Shown: positions 19,986 to 29,988 of the stretch, piece by piece
Layout of the letters: each line of letters opens with the position of its first letter
Position numbering within the stretch: the stretch's first letter is position 1
Assembly (NCBI GenBank): GCA_017462965.1
Contig: JAFTQC010000032.1
Coordinates: forward strand, 138,026-202,025
From: Clostridia bacterium
GTDB lineage: Bacteria; Bacillota; Clostridia; TANB77; UBA1234
DNA: 64,000 nt
Direction of reading: 5' to 3'
Notes under the pieces: generated by a model
What the model was told of the DNA's origin: nothing
Database searches by the model: none
The model's input: only the letters and a program-made list of their open reading frames with translations
Translations under genes and position numbers: made by a program

Positions 19986-22316
19986 TTATCTTGATAATAC
20001 AACTTTATTTTCTATTAAATTTAATACGACTGTGTCGTTTGGTAGTAGTTCGTTTCTTAGCAAGCATTCAGCTAGTTCGTTTTCAACATATTTTTGAATT
20101 GCTCTACGAAGTGGGCGAGCGCCGTATTTTGCTTCGTATCCCTTTTCAAGAATATAGTTCTTAACTTCGTCGGTGAATGTGATTTGAATATTTTTTTCTG
20201 CTAATTCATCAGATATTTCTTTAAGCATTAAATCAATAATTTGTAATAATTCTTCTTTTGATAGTGTATTGAAGACAATTATTTCATCAACTCTATTTAA
20301 GAATTCTGGTCTAAATGAAGATTTTAATGCATCCATGACTCTAGCTTCTACAAGAGGAGCTTCGTCTCTATTAAAACCAATTCCATTTGTATTTAGGTTT
20401 GAACCGGCGTTTGATGTCATTATTATGATTGTATTATCAAAGTTAACTGTTCTTCCTTGCGCATCTGTAAGTCTTCCATCATCAAGTATTTGAAGAAGTA
20501 GGTTAAATACATCTGCATGAGCTTTTTCGATTTCGTCAAATAGAATTAGTGAGTATGGATTTCTTCTAACTTTTTCTGTTAATTGACCAGCATCATCGTA
20601 TCCAACGTATCCTGGAGGAGAACCAATGAATTTAGAAACAGAGTGGCTTTCCATATATTCGGACATATCAAGTCTAATTATTGATTCTTCATTGCCATAA
20701 AGTTCGTTTGCTATGCATTTTGCAAGTTCTGTTTTACCAACGCCTGTAGGTCCTACAAATATGAATGAAGGTGGGCGTTTTTTATTTCTAAGCCCTGCAC
20801 GATTTCTTCTGATTGCATTACATACAGCAGTAACAGCTTTATCTTGTCCAATCAATTTTTTATGAATGTTAGCTTCTAAATTTAGTAACTTTTCGGCTTC
20901 TGTCTCAGAAATCTTTGAAGCAGGTATTTTTGTCCAGTTTTCAATAACAGAAGCAATATCATCAATATTTAATTCAAGCTCTAAATTGTTTCCTTGAGAC
21001 ATATCTGCAATTTGGTTAAGCAAGGCCGTTTCATGTGATTTTAAGTTTGCAATTTTCTCGTAATCAGGTTCAGTGTTTGTATCTGTAATTTCAATATCTT
21101 CAAGAGAAGCTTTTTCTTCTTGAACTTGTTCAAGTTCTTCTTTTAATATTTGAAGTTGAGCAAGAACTTTGTTTGTCAAATTAACCTTAGAACATGCTTC
21201 ATCCAAAATATCAATTGCTTTATCAGGCAAAAATCTATCGTGAATGTATTTTTCGGACATTAATACAATTTGTTTTATCAAAGTGTCTGAAACTTTTACA
21301 TGGTGGTATTCTTCATAATAATCTTTAATTCCAAGCATAACCTCGATAGTGTCTGAGATAGAAGGTTCCTCAACGATAACTGGTTGAAATCTTCTCTCTA
21401 GAGCAGCATCTTTTTCGATATGCTTTCTATATTCTTTAAGTGTAGTAGTACCAATGACTTGAATGTCTCCGTTAGATAGAGCAGGTTTTAAAATATTAGC
21501 AGCATTCATCGTATGATCAACATCGCCACCTGCACCAACAATATTATGAATTTCATCGATAACTAGAATTATATTTCCAAGGTCGCGACATTCTTCAATC
21601 AAAGATTTCATTCTAGCTTCAAATTGACCTCTGAATTGAGTTCCAGCAACCATTGAAGTCATATCAATTTGATAAATCTCGCAAGATAAAAGTTTAGCAG
21701 GAACTTCTTTGTTTGCAATTCTAAGAGCTAATCCTTGAGCGATAGCTGTTTTACCAACACCGGGTTCACCAATAAGAACCGGATTATTTTTGCTACGACG
21801 ATTCAAAATTTGCGTAACTCTTTCAATTTCAGTGTCTCTGCCAATTAATTTATCAATTTTACCTTCACGAGCTTTGGCAGTTAAATTAATACCGAAAGCG
21901 TCAAGCGTTTTTCTTTTTTTATCTTTTTTCTTGTCTTTAACATTCTTAGAAGTAGTTTTTGATTTTTCAGTTTTTGGAGTGTCTTCCTTATTGTGGTTTG
22001 TAGAATTTGGGAATAAATTAGATAACATAGAAGAAAAAGCTTCTGGATTATCTAAATTTTCCATTTCCTTAGTCAATTCTTCAGGGATTTCCATATCTCC
22101 AGATGAAAGAGATGATACAATTTCTTCAAACTGTTCATTCAAACTAGCAATATCCTCCTCAGAAGCACCGTATTGTTTCATCATTGAAGCTAGTGGATTG
22201 ATGCCTCTTTCTTTTGCGCAAGTAAGGCAAAGCCCTTCAAGCTTAGGTGAGCCATCTATAATTCTATTAACAAAAACTACTGCCGTATTTTTCTTACATA
22301 CTGAGCATAGTGACAT
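19986..22316 (-). CDS. clpE: ClpE-like Clp ATPase: N-terminal Zn-finger followed by two AAA+ modules.
   Basis: MSLCSVCKK...CLTCAKERG zinc ribbon. Two AAA+ Walker A motifs: GEPGVGKTAIA and GPTGVGKTELA. Confidence 0.8.
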   Translation of the reverse strand: MSLCSVCKKNTAVVFVNRIIDGSPKLEGLCLTCAKERGINPLASMMKQYGASEEDIASLNEQFEEIVSSLSSGDMEIPEELTKEMENLDNPEAFSSMLSNLFPNSTNHNKEDTPKTEKSKTTSKNVKDKKKDKKRKTLDAFGINLTAKAREGKIDKLIGRDTEIERVTQILNRRSKNNPVLIGEPGVGKTAIAQGLALRIANKEVPAKLLSCEIYQIDMTSMVAGTQFRGQFEARMKSLIEECRDLGNIILVIDEIHNIVGAGGDVDHTMNAANILKPALSNGDIQVIGTTTLKEYRKHIEKDAALERRFQPVIVEEPSISDTIEVMLGIKDYYEEYHHVKVSDTLIKQIVLMSEKYIHDRFLPDKAIDILDEACSKVNLTNKVLAQLQILKEELEQVQEEKASLEDIEITDTNTEPDYEKIANLKSHETALLNQIADMSQGNNLELELNIDDIASVIENWTKIPASKISETEAEKLLNLEANIHKKLIGQDKAVTAVCNAIRRNRAGLRNKKRPPSFIFVGPTGVGKTELAKCIANELYGNEESIIRLDMSEYMESHSVSKFIGSPPGYVGYDDAGQLTEKVRRNPYSLILFDEIEKAHADVFNLLLQILDDGRLTDAQGRTVNFDNTIIIMTSNAGSNLNTNGIGFNRDEAPLVEARVMDALKSSFRPEFLNRVDEIIVFNTLSKEELLQIIDLMLKEISDELAEKNIQITFTDEVKNYILEKGYEAKYGARPLRRAIQKYVENELAECLLRNELLPNDTVVLNLIENKVVLSR

Positions 22317-22348
22317 TTATCAAAACTCCTTTTTCTTTAAAGTAAATA

Positions 22349-22408
22349 TGAGTCTAAAGTGCTACAGACTCAATAATAAATATTACAACAAGGGGGGAGA
22401 AATGTCAA
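22349..22408 (-). promoter_or_regulatory. clpE promoter TTGACA-17-TAATAT (minus strand). An inverted repeat gagtct-N10-agactc lies immediately downstream of the -10.
   Basis: -35 at plus 22403-22408, -10 at plus 22380-22385, IR at 22349-22372. Confidence 0.45.
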
Positions 22409-22418
22409 CTTGATGAAA

Positions 22419-22444
22419 TGGACAAGGGGGACGGGGCTTTTGTC
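22419..22444. repeat. H2-type hairpin (ggacaagggggacggggcttttgtcc) between divergent genes, so not a terminator here.
   Basis: Reverse-complement form of the 9275 unit. Confidence 0.6.
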
Positions 22445-22469
22445 CATTTTATGAAGAATTTATAGCACT

Positions 22470-22498
22470 ATTGACACATTATGTAAAGTGATATATAA
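22470..22498 (+). promoter_or_regulatory. Perfect consensus sigma-A promoter TTGACA-17-TATAAT.
   Basis: 65 nt upstream of the 22563 ORF. RBS aaggagg precedes the ATG. Confidence 0.55.
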
Positions 22499-22562
22499 TA
22501 TCTGTGAAAATGAAATGCATTTTCGAATAAAGAATCTCAAATTTTGAGAAGGAGGAGTTTGC

Positions 22563-23420
22563 ATGGGCAAATCTCGCTGGAATCGGAGTGTAGCGATTCC
22601 TACCGAATCCTTAACTCTTGAGGAGTTGAAGGAGGCTATTCATGAATGGGCAGAAGGGTGCGACGAACTTGAAAAACTGTTGTGGTCTTGTTACAACAAT
22701 GGTTTGAAGACTGCTGGATGCCACGTTGGCAAGTACAACAATTACTTGCAGTATTATGTTGCTTCTGAGAGCAAAGAACAGTCTGCGCGTGTTCTCAATG
22801 CTACTGAATCGTATGGCAATAGTGAAGCGTTTCTTACTTTCGGCGGTAATCCGATTAGTGGTCCGTCGTGGTACAAGACGAATATTAGCATTTCGTCGTA
22901 TATTCCTGACGATGTTGGCTCTTTTTATGCCAGCATTAATAGGGAATTGGAAGGCGAAACACATGTTGAGGCACGCTGTTTTGGACTGATGGCTGAATTC
23001 GCAGATTTTTTCGAAGATAAGATGACCGGACTTTATTTTCGGGTGACTGTTCGTAATCATTCCGAATATAGGTTTATTGTCGAATCTTACATGAATCAGC
23101 GGAACTGGGAATATCTTGATGAACTTTTCGGTTCTTTGGGTCTGGTTCGTGAAGAAAGAGAAGACGTTCCGCTTGTCGCATGGAGCTTGAATGCTTCTTC
23201 GGAAGAGGAGTTTTATAATGGAGTGAAATCTCTTCTGGATGCAATTCGTAGCAACTGGGCAATCGAGACTCCCACGACTTTTTTTGATGATATGGGTTTC
23301 AATCTCAAGGCATTGATCATGCAGAAAAAGTTTGGTACGACTCCTGAGGGTGTGGCTCTGATGAACAACTGGATCAACACCAATCATCCCAATCCCAATG
23401 TGCGCAAGGTCAATTATTGA
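22563..23420 (+). CDS. 285-aa hypothetical protein, about 50% GC with CG-rich codon usage.
   Basis: A long antisense shadow ORF (22611-23387) reflects the composition. The plus strand is chosen because of its promoter and RBS. Confidence 0.55.
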   Translation: MGKSRWNRSVAIPTESLTLEELKEAIHEWAEGCDELEKLLWSCYNNGLKTAGCHVGKYNNYLQYYVASESKEQSARVLNATESYGNSEAFLTFGGNPISGPSWYKTNISISSYIPDDVGSFYASINRELEGETHVEARCFGLMAEFADFFEDKMTGLYFRVTVRNHSEYRFIVESYMNQRNWEYLDELFGSLGLVREEREDVPLVAWSLNASSEEEFYNGVKSLLDAIRSNWAIETPTTFFDDMGFNLKALIMQKKFGTTPEGVALMNNWINTNHPNPNVRKVNY

Positions 23421-23589
23421 TAAGCGCGAGAAAGAATAACAATGAACACCTCTTATGGCACATGCTGTAAGGGGTGTTTATTGTTATCCTTATTGTATGT
23501 GCTTGTTATATTATATCAATATGGCTATAATGTTGGTGAATTGTCACTCTTTTTCTAAAACATCTCATTTGTTTGAGGAGGGAAGCTTT

Positions 23590-24114
23590 ATGTGTTTGTT
23601 CAAACGGCCATCTAATAGAAATTATGAATTCGATGCGAAATTAGAAGACCATCCCGTTGGCAATCAGGACATCTACAGATTACACTATGTTCATTACCAT
23701 AGGATTCAGGAGTATGACGGATGCACCGATAATAACGTCGGTGTTATAAACTGGTGGTGCAGGCCTTTCAAAATGCCGGCTGGCATGACTCGTGATGAAG
23801 GATTCAAGGTTTTGTCCTATCTGACAGATTTCATTGAAAAAAGGCCTGATATAGATCCTTGCTCTTGGAAATCTGTTCGGACCCTTGATTCAGTTTTGAA
23901 TCTTGAGCGTTTTGACTTTACTAGGGTCGACGAAAAAGACGAAAACAAAATTCTGGATCTTTTTTCTGTTGGAGGCAGAATCTTGCTTTTCAAAAAGAGC
24001 GAGCACTATCCGCGTTATTTTGAATGGTATGTCCAAAACGTGTCATTTGATGAGGTTCATAGCATATATGAAAGCTGTGGAATGGAGTTTAAAGATATTG
24101 TATGGCTTGATTAA
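23590..24114 (+). CDS. 174-aa hypothetical protein with higher GC.
   Basis: RBS gaggaggga before the ATG at 23590. Promoter TTGTTA-17-TATAAT near 23503-23531. The longer track ORF from 23455 lacks an RBS. Confidence 0.5.
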   Translation: MCLFKRPSNRNYEFDAKLEDHPVGNQDIYRLHYVHYHRIQEYDGCTDNNVGVINWWCRPFKMPAGMTRDEGFKVLSYLTDFIEKRPDIDPCSWKSVRTLDSVLNLERFDFTRVDEKDENKILDLFSVGGRILLFKKSEHYPRYFEWYVQNVSFDEVHSIYESCGMEFKDIVWLD

Positions 24115-24145
24115 AAGCTATAAACATTGAGGACGTCTGTTAAAC

Positions 24146-24342
24146 TTGGAAATTGGGACGGTTCTTTTTTCCAAAATACAAACTTTTTAAAACAACAAAA
24201 AAAGTATTGTTTTTTGTCGCCGAGTTCTCATTTTCATTGCATCATGTTTGCAATGAACAATGAGTTGTCTGAGGCTTAAAAACAATACTTTTTTCGTTGT
24301 CTTACGTTAAAATTGGACAAAAGCCCCGTCCCAATTTCCAAA
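24146..24342. repeat. MITE-like element, copy C (197 bp). Its core is inverted relative to A and B, and its right TIR is a hybrid with the H2 unit (ttggacaaaagccccgtcccaatttccaa).
   Basis: Followed by the H2 hairpin at 24347-24371 and the H3 repeat at 24374-24410. Confidence 0.8.
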
Positions 24343-24455
24343 AAAGGACAAAAGCCCCGTCCCTTTGTCCAGACAATCGTCCATTTGCCGGACGTCCCTC
24401 ATGGACGATTATTTACATTAATAGCTATTTATGGTATAATCTGCGAGGTGATGTC

Positions 24456-25667
24456 ATGATTGTTAATGATTTAGCTGAAAAAATATCTGCAATTGGTGGC
24501 AGATTATATTTAGTTGGTGGTGCGGTTCGTGATTTAATCATGAACAAAGAGGCTCATGATTATGATTATTGCGTTACAGGGCTTGATATTGAAGCGTTTC
24601 AAGAAATTGTTCCTGGAGCGGTAATGAGAGGAAAGTTTTTTCCAGTTTTTGACTTTGAAGGATGTGAGTATGCGCTAGCAAGAAAGGAAGTAAAAGCAGG
24701 GATTGGTCATAAAGCTTTTGAAATGATATCAAATAAGGATATTTCTATAGAAGATGATCTGCGACGAAGGGATATTACGATTAATAGTATTGCGATGGAT
24801 GTGCTTACTGGTGAAATTATTGATCCATATAATGGTAAAAAGGATATTGAAAATAAGATTATTCGTGCTACTAGCGAGGCTTTCGTCGAAGATCCGCTTA
24901 GGACATATCGTGTTGCGAGATTTGTGAGTGAGTTGGGATTTAATGTAGATGAAAATACAATTAAGCTTATGAGAAAAACTCGAGATGAGCTTAATACATT
25001 ATCATCTGAAAGGATTTTTGTTGAATTTGATAAAGCACTTAAATCAAGTAAGCCAAGTTTGTTTTTTGAAGCTTTGAATAAAGCGGATGTGTTAGATGTT
25101 CATTTTAAAGAGGTTCATAATTTGATTGGCGTTACTCAACCCGAAAAATATCATCCTGAAGGTGATGCATATAATCATACAATGCAAGTTATTGATAAAA
25201 TGGCGATTAAAACTAACGAATCGCATATAATTTTTGCTGGTTTAGTTCATGATTTAGGTAAAGCGTTGACACCAAAGGAGATACTTCCAAGGCATATTGG
25301 ACATGAAGAAAGAGGAATTGAATTAACTAAAAACTTATGCAACAGATTAAAACTTCCAACAAAGTATTTGAAAGCTGGAATCACCGCATGTAAAGAACAC
25401 ATGAAAGCTGGTATTTTTTATGAGATGAGAACTGCTAAAAAAGTTGATTTTATTGAAAGGTTAAGTAAATCGGCTTTAGGCTTGAAAAATATTGAAATTC
25501 TTTCGAATGCTGATAATACGAAGAATACCGAAATTAAATTTGCGGAAATCGGTAAAGAAATGCTAGAGAAAGTTAATGCAAAGGAATATCCAAAAGAAAT
25601 GGATTATAATATAATTAAAGAAAAATTAAGAAGAGATAGAATAGATTGGTTAAAGGAGAGAGTATAA
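24456..25667 (+). CDS. cca: tRNA nucleotidyltransferase (CCA-adding) / poly(A) polymerase family protein with an HD domain.
   Basis: GGAVRDL..RRDITIN head domain and HD motif VHDLGK. The track ORF start at 24297 lies inside the repeats and is not credible. Confidence 0.8.
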   Translation: MIVNDLAEKISAIGGRLYLVGGAVRDLIMNKEAHDYDYCVTGLDIEAFQEIVPGAVMRGKFFPVFDFEGCEYALARKEVKAGIGHKAFEMISNKDISIEDDLRRRDITINSIAMDVLTGEIIDPYNGKKDIENKIIRATSEAFVEDPLRTYRVARFVSELGFNVDENTIKLMRKTRDELNTLSSERIFVEFDKALKSSKPSLFFEALNKADVLDVHFKEVHNLIGVTQPEKYHPEGDAYNHTMQVIDKMAIKTNESHIIFAGLVHDLGKALTPKEILPRHIGHEERGIELTKNLCNRLKLPTKYLKAGITACKEHMKAGIFYEMRTAKKVDFIERLSKSALGLKNIEILSNADNTKNTEIKFAEIGKEMLEKVNAKEYPKEMDYNIIKEKLRRDRIDWLKERV

Positions 25668-27368
25668 ATGAATTACAAAAATGAAATAGCTAAAAGGATT
25701 AATGCTATAACGAATGTAGAAGTTTCTTCGCTTGAAGAATACATTGAAATTCCACCAAATACTGAACTTGGAGATTTTGCATTTCCTTGCTTTAAACTTG
25801 CTAAGGAGATGAGAAAAGCGCCTCCTGCAATTGCTGCTGAATTAAAAGAAAAATTAGCTGAGGATGAAGTTATTTCTAAAATTGATGTTGTTGGGGGATA
25901 TTTGAATTTCTTTATAAATAAATCAGCTTTTGCTAAAAATGTTGTAACAGAAGTTCTTGCTAAAGGTGATGATTTTGGTAAAAGTGATATAGGTGCTGGA
26001 AAGAATATTGTTATTGACTATTCGTCTCCTAACATTGCAAAGCCTTTTCATATAGGTCATCTTCGTACAACTGTTATAGGTGGAGCGCTTTATAACATGT
26101 ATAAAGCTGCAGGATATAATGTTATTGGAATCAATCATTTAGGTGATTGGGGAATGGGAATTTCTAAGTCAATAGCAGGTTATGAGATGTGGAAGGATGA
26201 GTATACATTTGATGAAAATGCAATATACTCAATTCTTGCTATTTATGTAAGATTTAACAAGTTGGAAAAAGAAGATCCTTCAATGACTGATAAAGCTCGT
26301 GATGTTTTGATTAGACTTGAGAATAAAGATGAGGAAACAACGAAAATTTGGAAATGGATTATTGATATAAGCTTAAAGAATTATGCAAAGATTTATGAAT
26401 TGTTGGGCAGCAAATTTGATTCATATAATGGAGAAGCTTTTTATAATGACAAAATGGATAGAGTTGTTAGCATGCTAGAAGAAAAAGGACTTCTTAAAGA
26501 AAGTGAAGGCGCTAAAGTTGTTGAAATGCCTGAAGAAAACATGCCTCCTTGCATAATTATTACATCAGCAGGGACAACCATTTATGCTACACGTGATTTA
26601 GCTGCGCTTCTTTATAGAATTGAAAATTATGATTTTGAGAAAGCTTTATATGTTGTTGGTAGCGAGCAATCTTTACATTTTAAGCAAGTTTTCAAAACGT
26701 TGGAACTTATGGGATATGAAAAGTATGCAAAATCTTGTGAGCATATTCCTTTCGGATTGATTTTAGATGAAAATGGTGAAAAGATTGGTTCTCGTAAAGG
26801 TGGAAAGCTTCCAACTCTTGAAGAAATTTTAAATGAGTCTATTGAAAAGTCATTACAAATAATTGAAGAGAAAAACCCTTCACTTGAGAATAAAGAAGAA
26901 GTTGCTAAGATGGTTGGTGTTGGTGCAATTATATTTAATGATTTGTCAAATAATAGAATCAAGGATGAAATTTTTGATTGGAATCAATTGCTTAATTTCA
27001 CGGGTGAAACTGGTCCTTATCTTCAATATACATACGTTAGAACGAATAGTATTTTGAGAAATGCAAACGTTGATTTATCTGATATAAATACAGATGAATT
27101 ATTAGATAAAGAGGCTATTGAAGTAATTAGAAAATTGTCTGAGTATCCAGATGTTGTTTTAAGTGCTGTAAATAAAAATGAGCCATCGCTTATTTCTAGA
27201 CATTTGATTGATCTTGCTCAATGCTTCAGCAGATTTTATAATGAACATCAAATTATTTGTGATAATGAAGATACGAAGAAAGCAAGGGTTGCACTTTCAA
27301 AATGTGTTGGAACAACAATTAAGAATGGTTTAAGTTTACTTGGAATTCAAACACCTGAAAAAATGTAA
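25668..27368 (+). CDS. argS: Arginine--tRNA ligase.
   Basis: HIGH-type motif PFHIGHLR and the class I fold. Its start overlaps the cca stop (taaatg). Confidence 0.9.
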   Translation: MNYKNEIAKRINAITNVEVSSLEEYIEIPPNTELGDFAFPCFKLAKEMRKAPPAIAAELKEKLAEDEVISKIDVVGGYLNFFINKSAFAKNVVTEVLAKGDDFGKSDIGAGKNIVIDYSSPNIAKPFHIGHLRTTVIGGALYNMYKAAGYNVIGINHLGDWGMGISKSIAGYEMWKDEYTFDENAIYSILAIYVRFNKLEKEDPSMTDKARDVLIRLENKDEETTKIWKWIIDISLKNYAKIYELLGSKFDSYNGEAFYNDKMDRVVSMLEEKGLLKESEGAKVVEMPEENMPPCIIITSAGTTIYATRDLAALLYRIENYDFEKALYVVGSEQSLHFKQVFKTLELMGYEKYAKSCEHIPFGLILDENGEKIGSRKGGKLPTLEEILNESIEKSLQIIEEKNPSLENKEEVAKMVGVGAIIFNDLSNNRIKDEIFDWNQLLNFTGETGPYLQYTYVRTNSILRNANVDLSDINTDELLDKEAIEVIRKLSEYPDVVLSAVNKNEPSLISRHLIDLAQCFSRFYNEHQIICDNEDTKKARVALSKCVGTTIKNGLSLLGIQTPEKM

Positions 27369-27400
27369 TTTTAAAATATTAATATAGCGGAGGATGAGCT

Positions 27401-28624
27401 ATGAAGAATATTGACGAGATGAGAGAATATTTAAAGAAGTATGATGCAGAGTATTTATTGAATTTTTATGATGAATTAAATGATTCGGAAAAAGAAGGTT
27501 TAATAAATCAAATAAAGCAAATTGATTTTAAGTATATGAAAGAGCTTTATAATACGAAAGCTATGTTCAACATGGAAGAAAACAAGATAACTAGTATACC
27601 AGCGATTGATAAAAATAAGTTGAATGACGATACGTATGAGAAAAGTGGTATAGAAGAAATTAAAGCTGGCAGGCTTGCTGTATGCTCAATGGCAGGTGGG
27701 CAAGGTACAAGACTTGGGTTTAATGGTCCAAAAGGTACATATATGCTTGAACTTGATAAGCCTACATCAATTTTTGAGACAATAGTTATTAAGCTTAAAG
27801 AAGCATATGAAAAGTATGGAGTGCTTACATATTGGTATGTCATGACGAGTGAACAAAATGATAAAGAGACTCAGAAATTTTTTGAAAATAACAATTTTTT
27901 TGGTTATGATAAGGAACATATTGTTTTCTTTAAACAAGGTGAATTACCTTTACTTGATACCAATGGTAAAGTTGTTTTAAAAGACAAAGCAGATGTATTT
28001 ATGGCTGCTGATGGAAATGGTGGAATTTTTAGAGCTCTTGGAAATAGAGGAATTATTGCTCATATGAAAGAGCATGGAATAAAATATTTAGCTATAGGAA
28101 ATGTTGATAATATTTTAATTCATATGGTTGATCCGATTGCGGTTGGACTTATGAAAGAAAATAATATGGAACTATTATCAAAGTCGTTTATGAAGCCTAC
28201 TCCAGAAGGTAAATGGGGAGTGTTTTGTAAAGTAAATGGTAAGCCAAGAGTAATTGAGTATATTGAAACTCCTAGAGAACTTTTAGAGGCTCGCAATGAA
28301 GAGGGTGAATTAATATACGGCGATGCACATTTTGGTTGCAATTATTTTGATGTAGAGTTATTAGAAAAAATAGTTACAGAAAAATTGCCGATGCATGCAG
28401 CACTGAAAAAAAATAAAGGCTTAAATTCAGATGGTGAGATAGAAGAGATGGAAACATACAAATTTGAAGCTTTTATTTTTGATGGTTTTAGTATGGCTGA
28501 GGATATAATTGTTTTTCGTGTTAATAGAAATGATGAGTTTGCTCCAATAAAGAATAAAGAGGGCGAAGAAACTCCAGAAAGTGCGATAAAATTATATAAG
28601 GAATTTTATAAAAAAGAAGATTAA
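27401..28624 (+). CDS. UDPGP-family UDP-sugar / UDP-N-acetylhexosamine pyrophosphorylase.
   Basis: MAGGQGTRLG signature. Confidence 0.7.
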   Translation: MKNIDEMREYLKKYDAEYLLNFYDELNDSEKEGLINQIKQIDFKYMKELYNTKAMFNMEENKITSIPAIDKNKLNDDTYEKSGIEEIKAGRLAVCSMAGGQGTRLGFNGPKGTYMLELDKPTSIFETIVIKLKEAYEKYGVLTYWYVMTSEQNDKETQKFFENNNFFGYDKEHIVFFKQGELPLLDTNGKVVLKDKADVFMAADGNGGIFRALGNRGIIAHMKEHGIKYLAIGNVDNILIHMVDPIAVGLMKENNMELLSKSFMKPTPEGKWGVFCKVNGKPRVIEYIETPRELLEARNEEGELIYGDAHFGCNYFDVELLEKIVTEKLPMHAALKKNKGLNSDGEIEEMETYKFEAFIFDGFSMAEDIIVFRVNRNDEFAPIKNKEGEETPESAIKLYKEFYKKED

Positions 28625-28685
28625 GAAATTATGATAAAAAAGAGTGCTATTTAGCACTCTTTTTGTTTGCAAAATATATTGCTCA

Positions 28686-28850
28686 CTAATATTTGCGATT
28701 TTCAGCGTATGAACTACAGCATGTTTCGTCTTCGGGTGTTCCATTTTTTTGATTCTTACAAGGACACACTTGTATAGCATTTAATGTACACTCGTTTTTT
28801 TCTGTTAAATTGTGAGCACATGAACAAACACTGCATTTTATTTTAGCCAA
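28686..28850 (-). CDS. 54-aa small Cys-rich protein (8 Cys: CSVCSC..C..CPC..CC).
   Basis: TTG start after the RBS ggagtg. Flanked by a terminator at 28640-28668 and an H2-like hairpin at 28925-28957. Confidence 0.35.
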   Translation of the reverse strand: MAKIKCSVCSCAHNLTEKNECTLNAIQVCPCKNQKNGTPEDETCCSSYAENRKY

Positions 28851-29031
28851 ATCAATCACTCCAAAATAAAAGTTTGTTTTTGAGGCCTCAATAAATATTA
28901 TTTTCAAAATAGTGAAGAATATTCATAACAATTTAAATTTATGGACAAAATTTTCCGTCCCCGTTGTCCAAAATTATTAAATATGATAAAGTTGTTCTAG
29001 GAAATTATTTCATAGAAGGAGTGTTTTATTT

Positions 29032-29961
29032 ATGGGTATTGTTACGACAAAAGAAATGTTTGAAAAAGCTAGCAAAGGTGGATACGCAATCGGTGCGTTT
29101 AATGTAAATAATATGGAAATTATTCAAGGTATTACGGAGGCTGCTAAAGAAGTTAATAGTCCGCTTATTTTACAAGTTTCTGCTGGTGCGAGAAAGTATG
29201 CAAAACATAATTATTTAGTACATTTGATTCAAGCTGCTGTTGAAGATACTGATCTTCCAATTGCTATTCATTTGGATCATGGTGCTGATTTTGATATTTG
29301 TAAAAAATGTATTGATGGTGGTTTTACATCAGTTATGATAGATGGTTCTAAATATGATTTTGAAGAAAATATTGAGCTTACTAGAAGAGTTGTTGATTAT
29401 GCTCATGAGCATGGCGTTGTTGTTGAAGCTGAACTTGGAAAACTTGCTGGTGTTGAAGATGATGTTAATGTAAGTGCTGAAGATAGTTCTTATACTGATC
29501 CTGATCAAGCTGTTGAGTTTGTTCAAAGAACAGGTTGTGATTCTTTAGCGATTGCTATTGGTACAAGTCATGGTGCTTACAAATTTAAAGGTGAACCAAA
29601 ACTTAGATTTGATATTTTAGATAAAATAACTGCTGCTATGCCTGGTTATCCTATAGTATTACATGGTGCTTCTACTGTTATTCCTGAATTTGTTGAAAAA
29701 TGTAACAAATATGGTGGTAATATTCCTGGTGCTAAAGGTGTTCCAGAGGATATGCTTAGAGAAGCTGCTAGACATGGTGTTTGCAAAATTAATATTGATA
29801 CTGATTTAAGACTTGCGTTGACAAGTGCTATAAGAGAAGTTTTTGTAAATGAGCCAGGAGAATTTGATCCAAGAAAGTATTTAGGCGCAGGAAGAGATGC
29901 TATTAGAGATATGGTTAGACATAAGATTGTTGATGTGTTAGGATGCAATGATAAAATATAA
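29032..29961 (+). CDS. fba: Fructose-bisphosphate aldolase class II.
   Basis: Conserved GVVVEAELG and TSHGAYKF segments. Confidence 0.9.
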   Translation: MGIVTTKEMFEKASKGGYAIGAFNVNNMEIIQGITEAAKEVNSPLILQVSAGARKYAKHNYLVHLIQAAVEDTDLPIAIHLDHGADFDICKKCIDGGFTSVMIDGSKYDFEENIELTRRVVDYAHEHGVVVEAELGKLAGVEDDVNVSAEDSSYTDPDQAVEFVQRTGCDSLAIAIGTSHGAYKFKGEPKLRFDILDKITAAMPGYPIVLHGASTVIPEFVEKCNKYGGNIPGAKGVPEDMLREAARHGVCKINIDTDLRLALTSAIREVFVNEPGEFDPRKYLGAGRDAIRDMVRHKIVDVLGCNDKI

Positions 29962-29988
29962 TTAATACTAAAGGGTGGAGGAGTGCAA

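Noticed and set aside
19792-20097. Track ORFs overlapping repeats or noncoding DNA: 19792-20097 (+), 24297 as the cca start, 63502-63807 (+), 7485-7694 (-) and 39771-40025 (+).
   Set aside because: They start inside MITE or hairpin repeats or run antisense to real genes. None has an RBS. The cca N-terminus aligns from the ATG at 24456.
22317-22420. Canonical CtsR box or CIRCE element upstream of clpE.
   Set aside because: The sequence does not match the A/GGTCAAA direct heptads or TTAGCACTC-N9-GAGTGCTAA. Only a generic inverted repeat is present.
22611-23387. Long minus-strand ORFs antisense to the high-GC genes: this 258-aa ORF, plus 2821-3099 (-), 37617-38291 (+), 39028-39759 (+), 48788-50026 (+) and 47072-47365.
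   Set aside because: They are shadow ORFs expected in GC-rich coding sequence. The sense strands carry the promoters, RBSs, signal peptides and recognisable motifs.
28686-28850. SCIFF (six-Cys-in-45) ranthipeptide precursor.
   Set aside because: The Cys spacing does not follow the SCIFF CxxC-rich GG-leader pattern, and no radical SAM maturase is adjacent.
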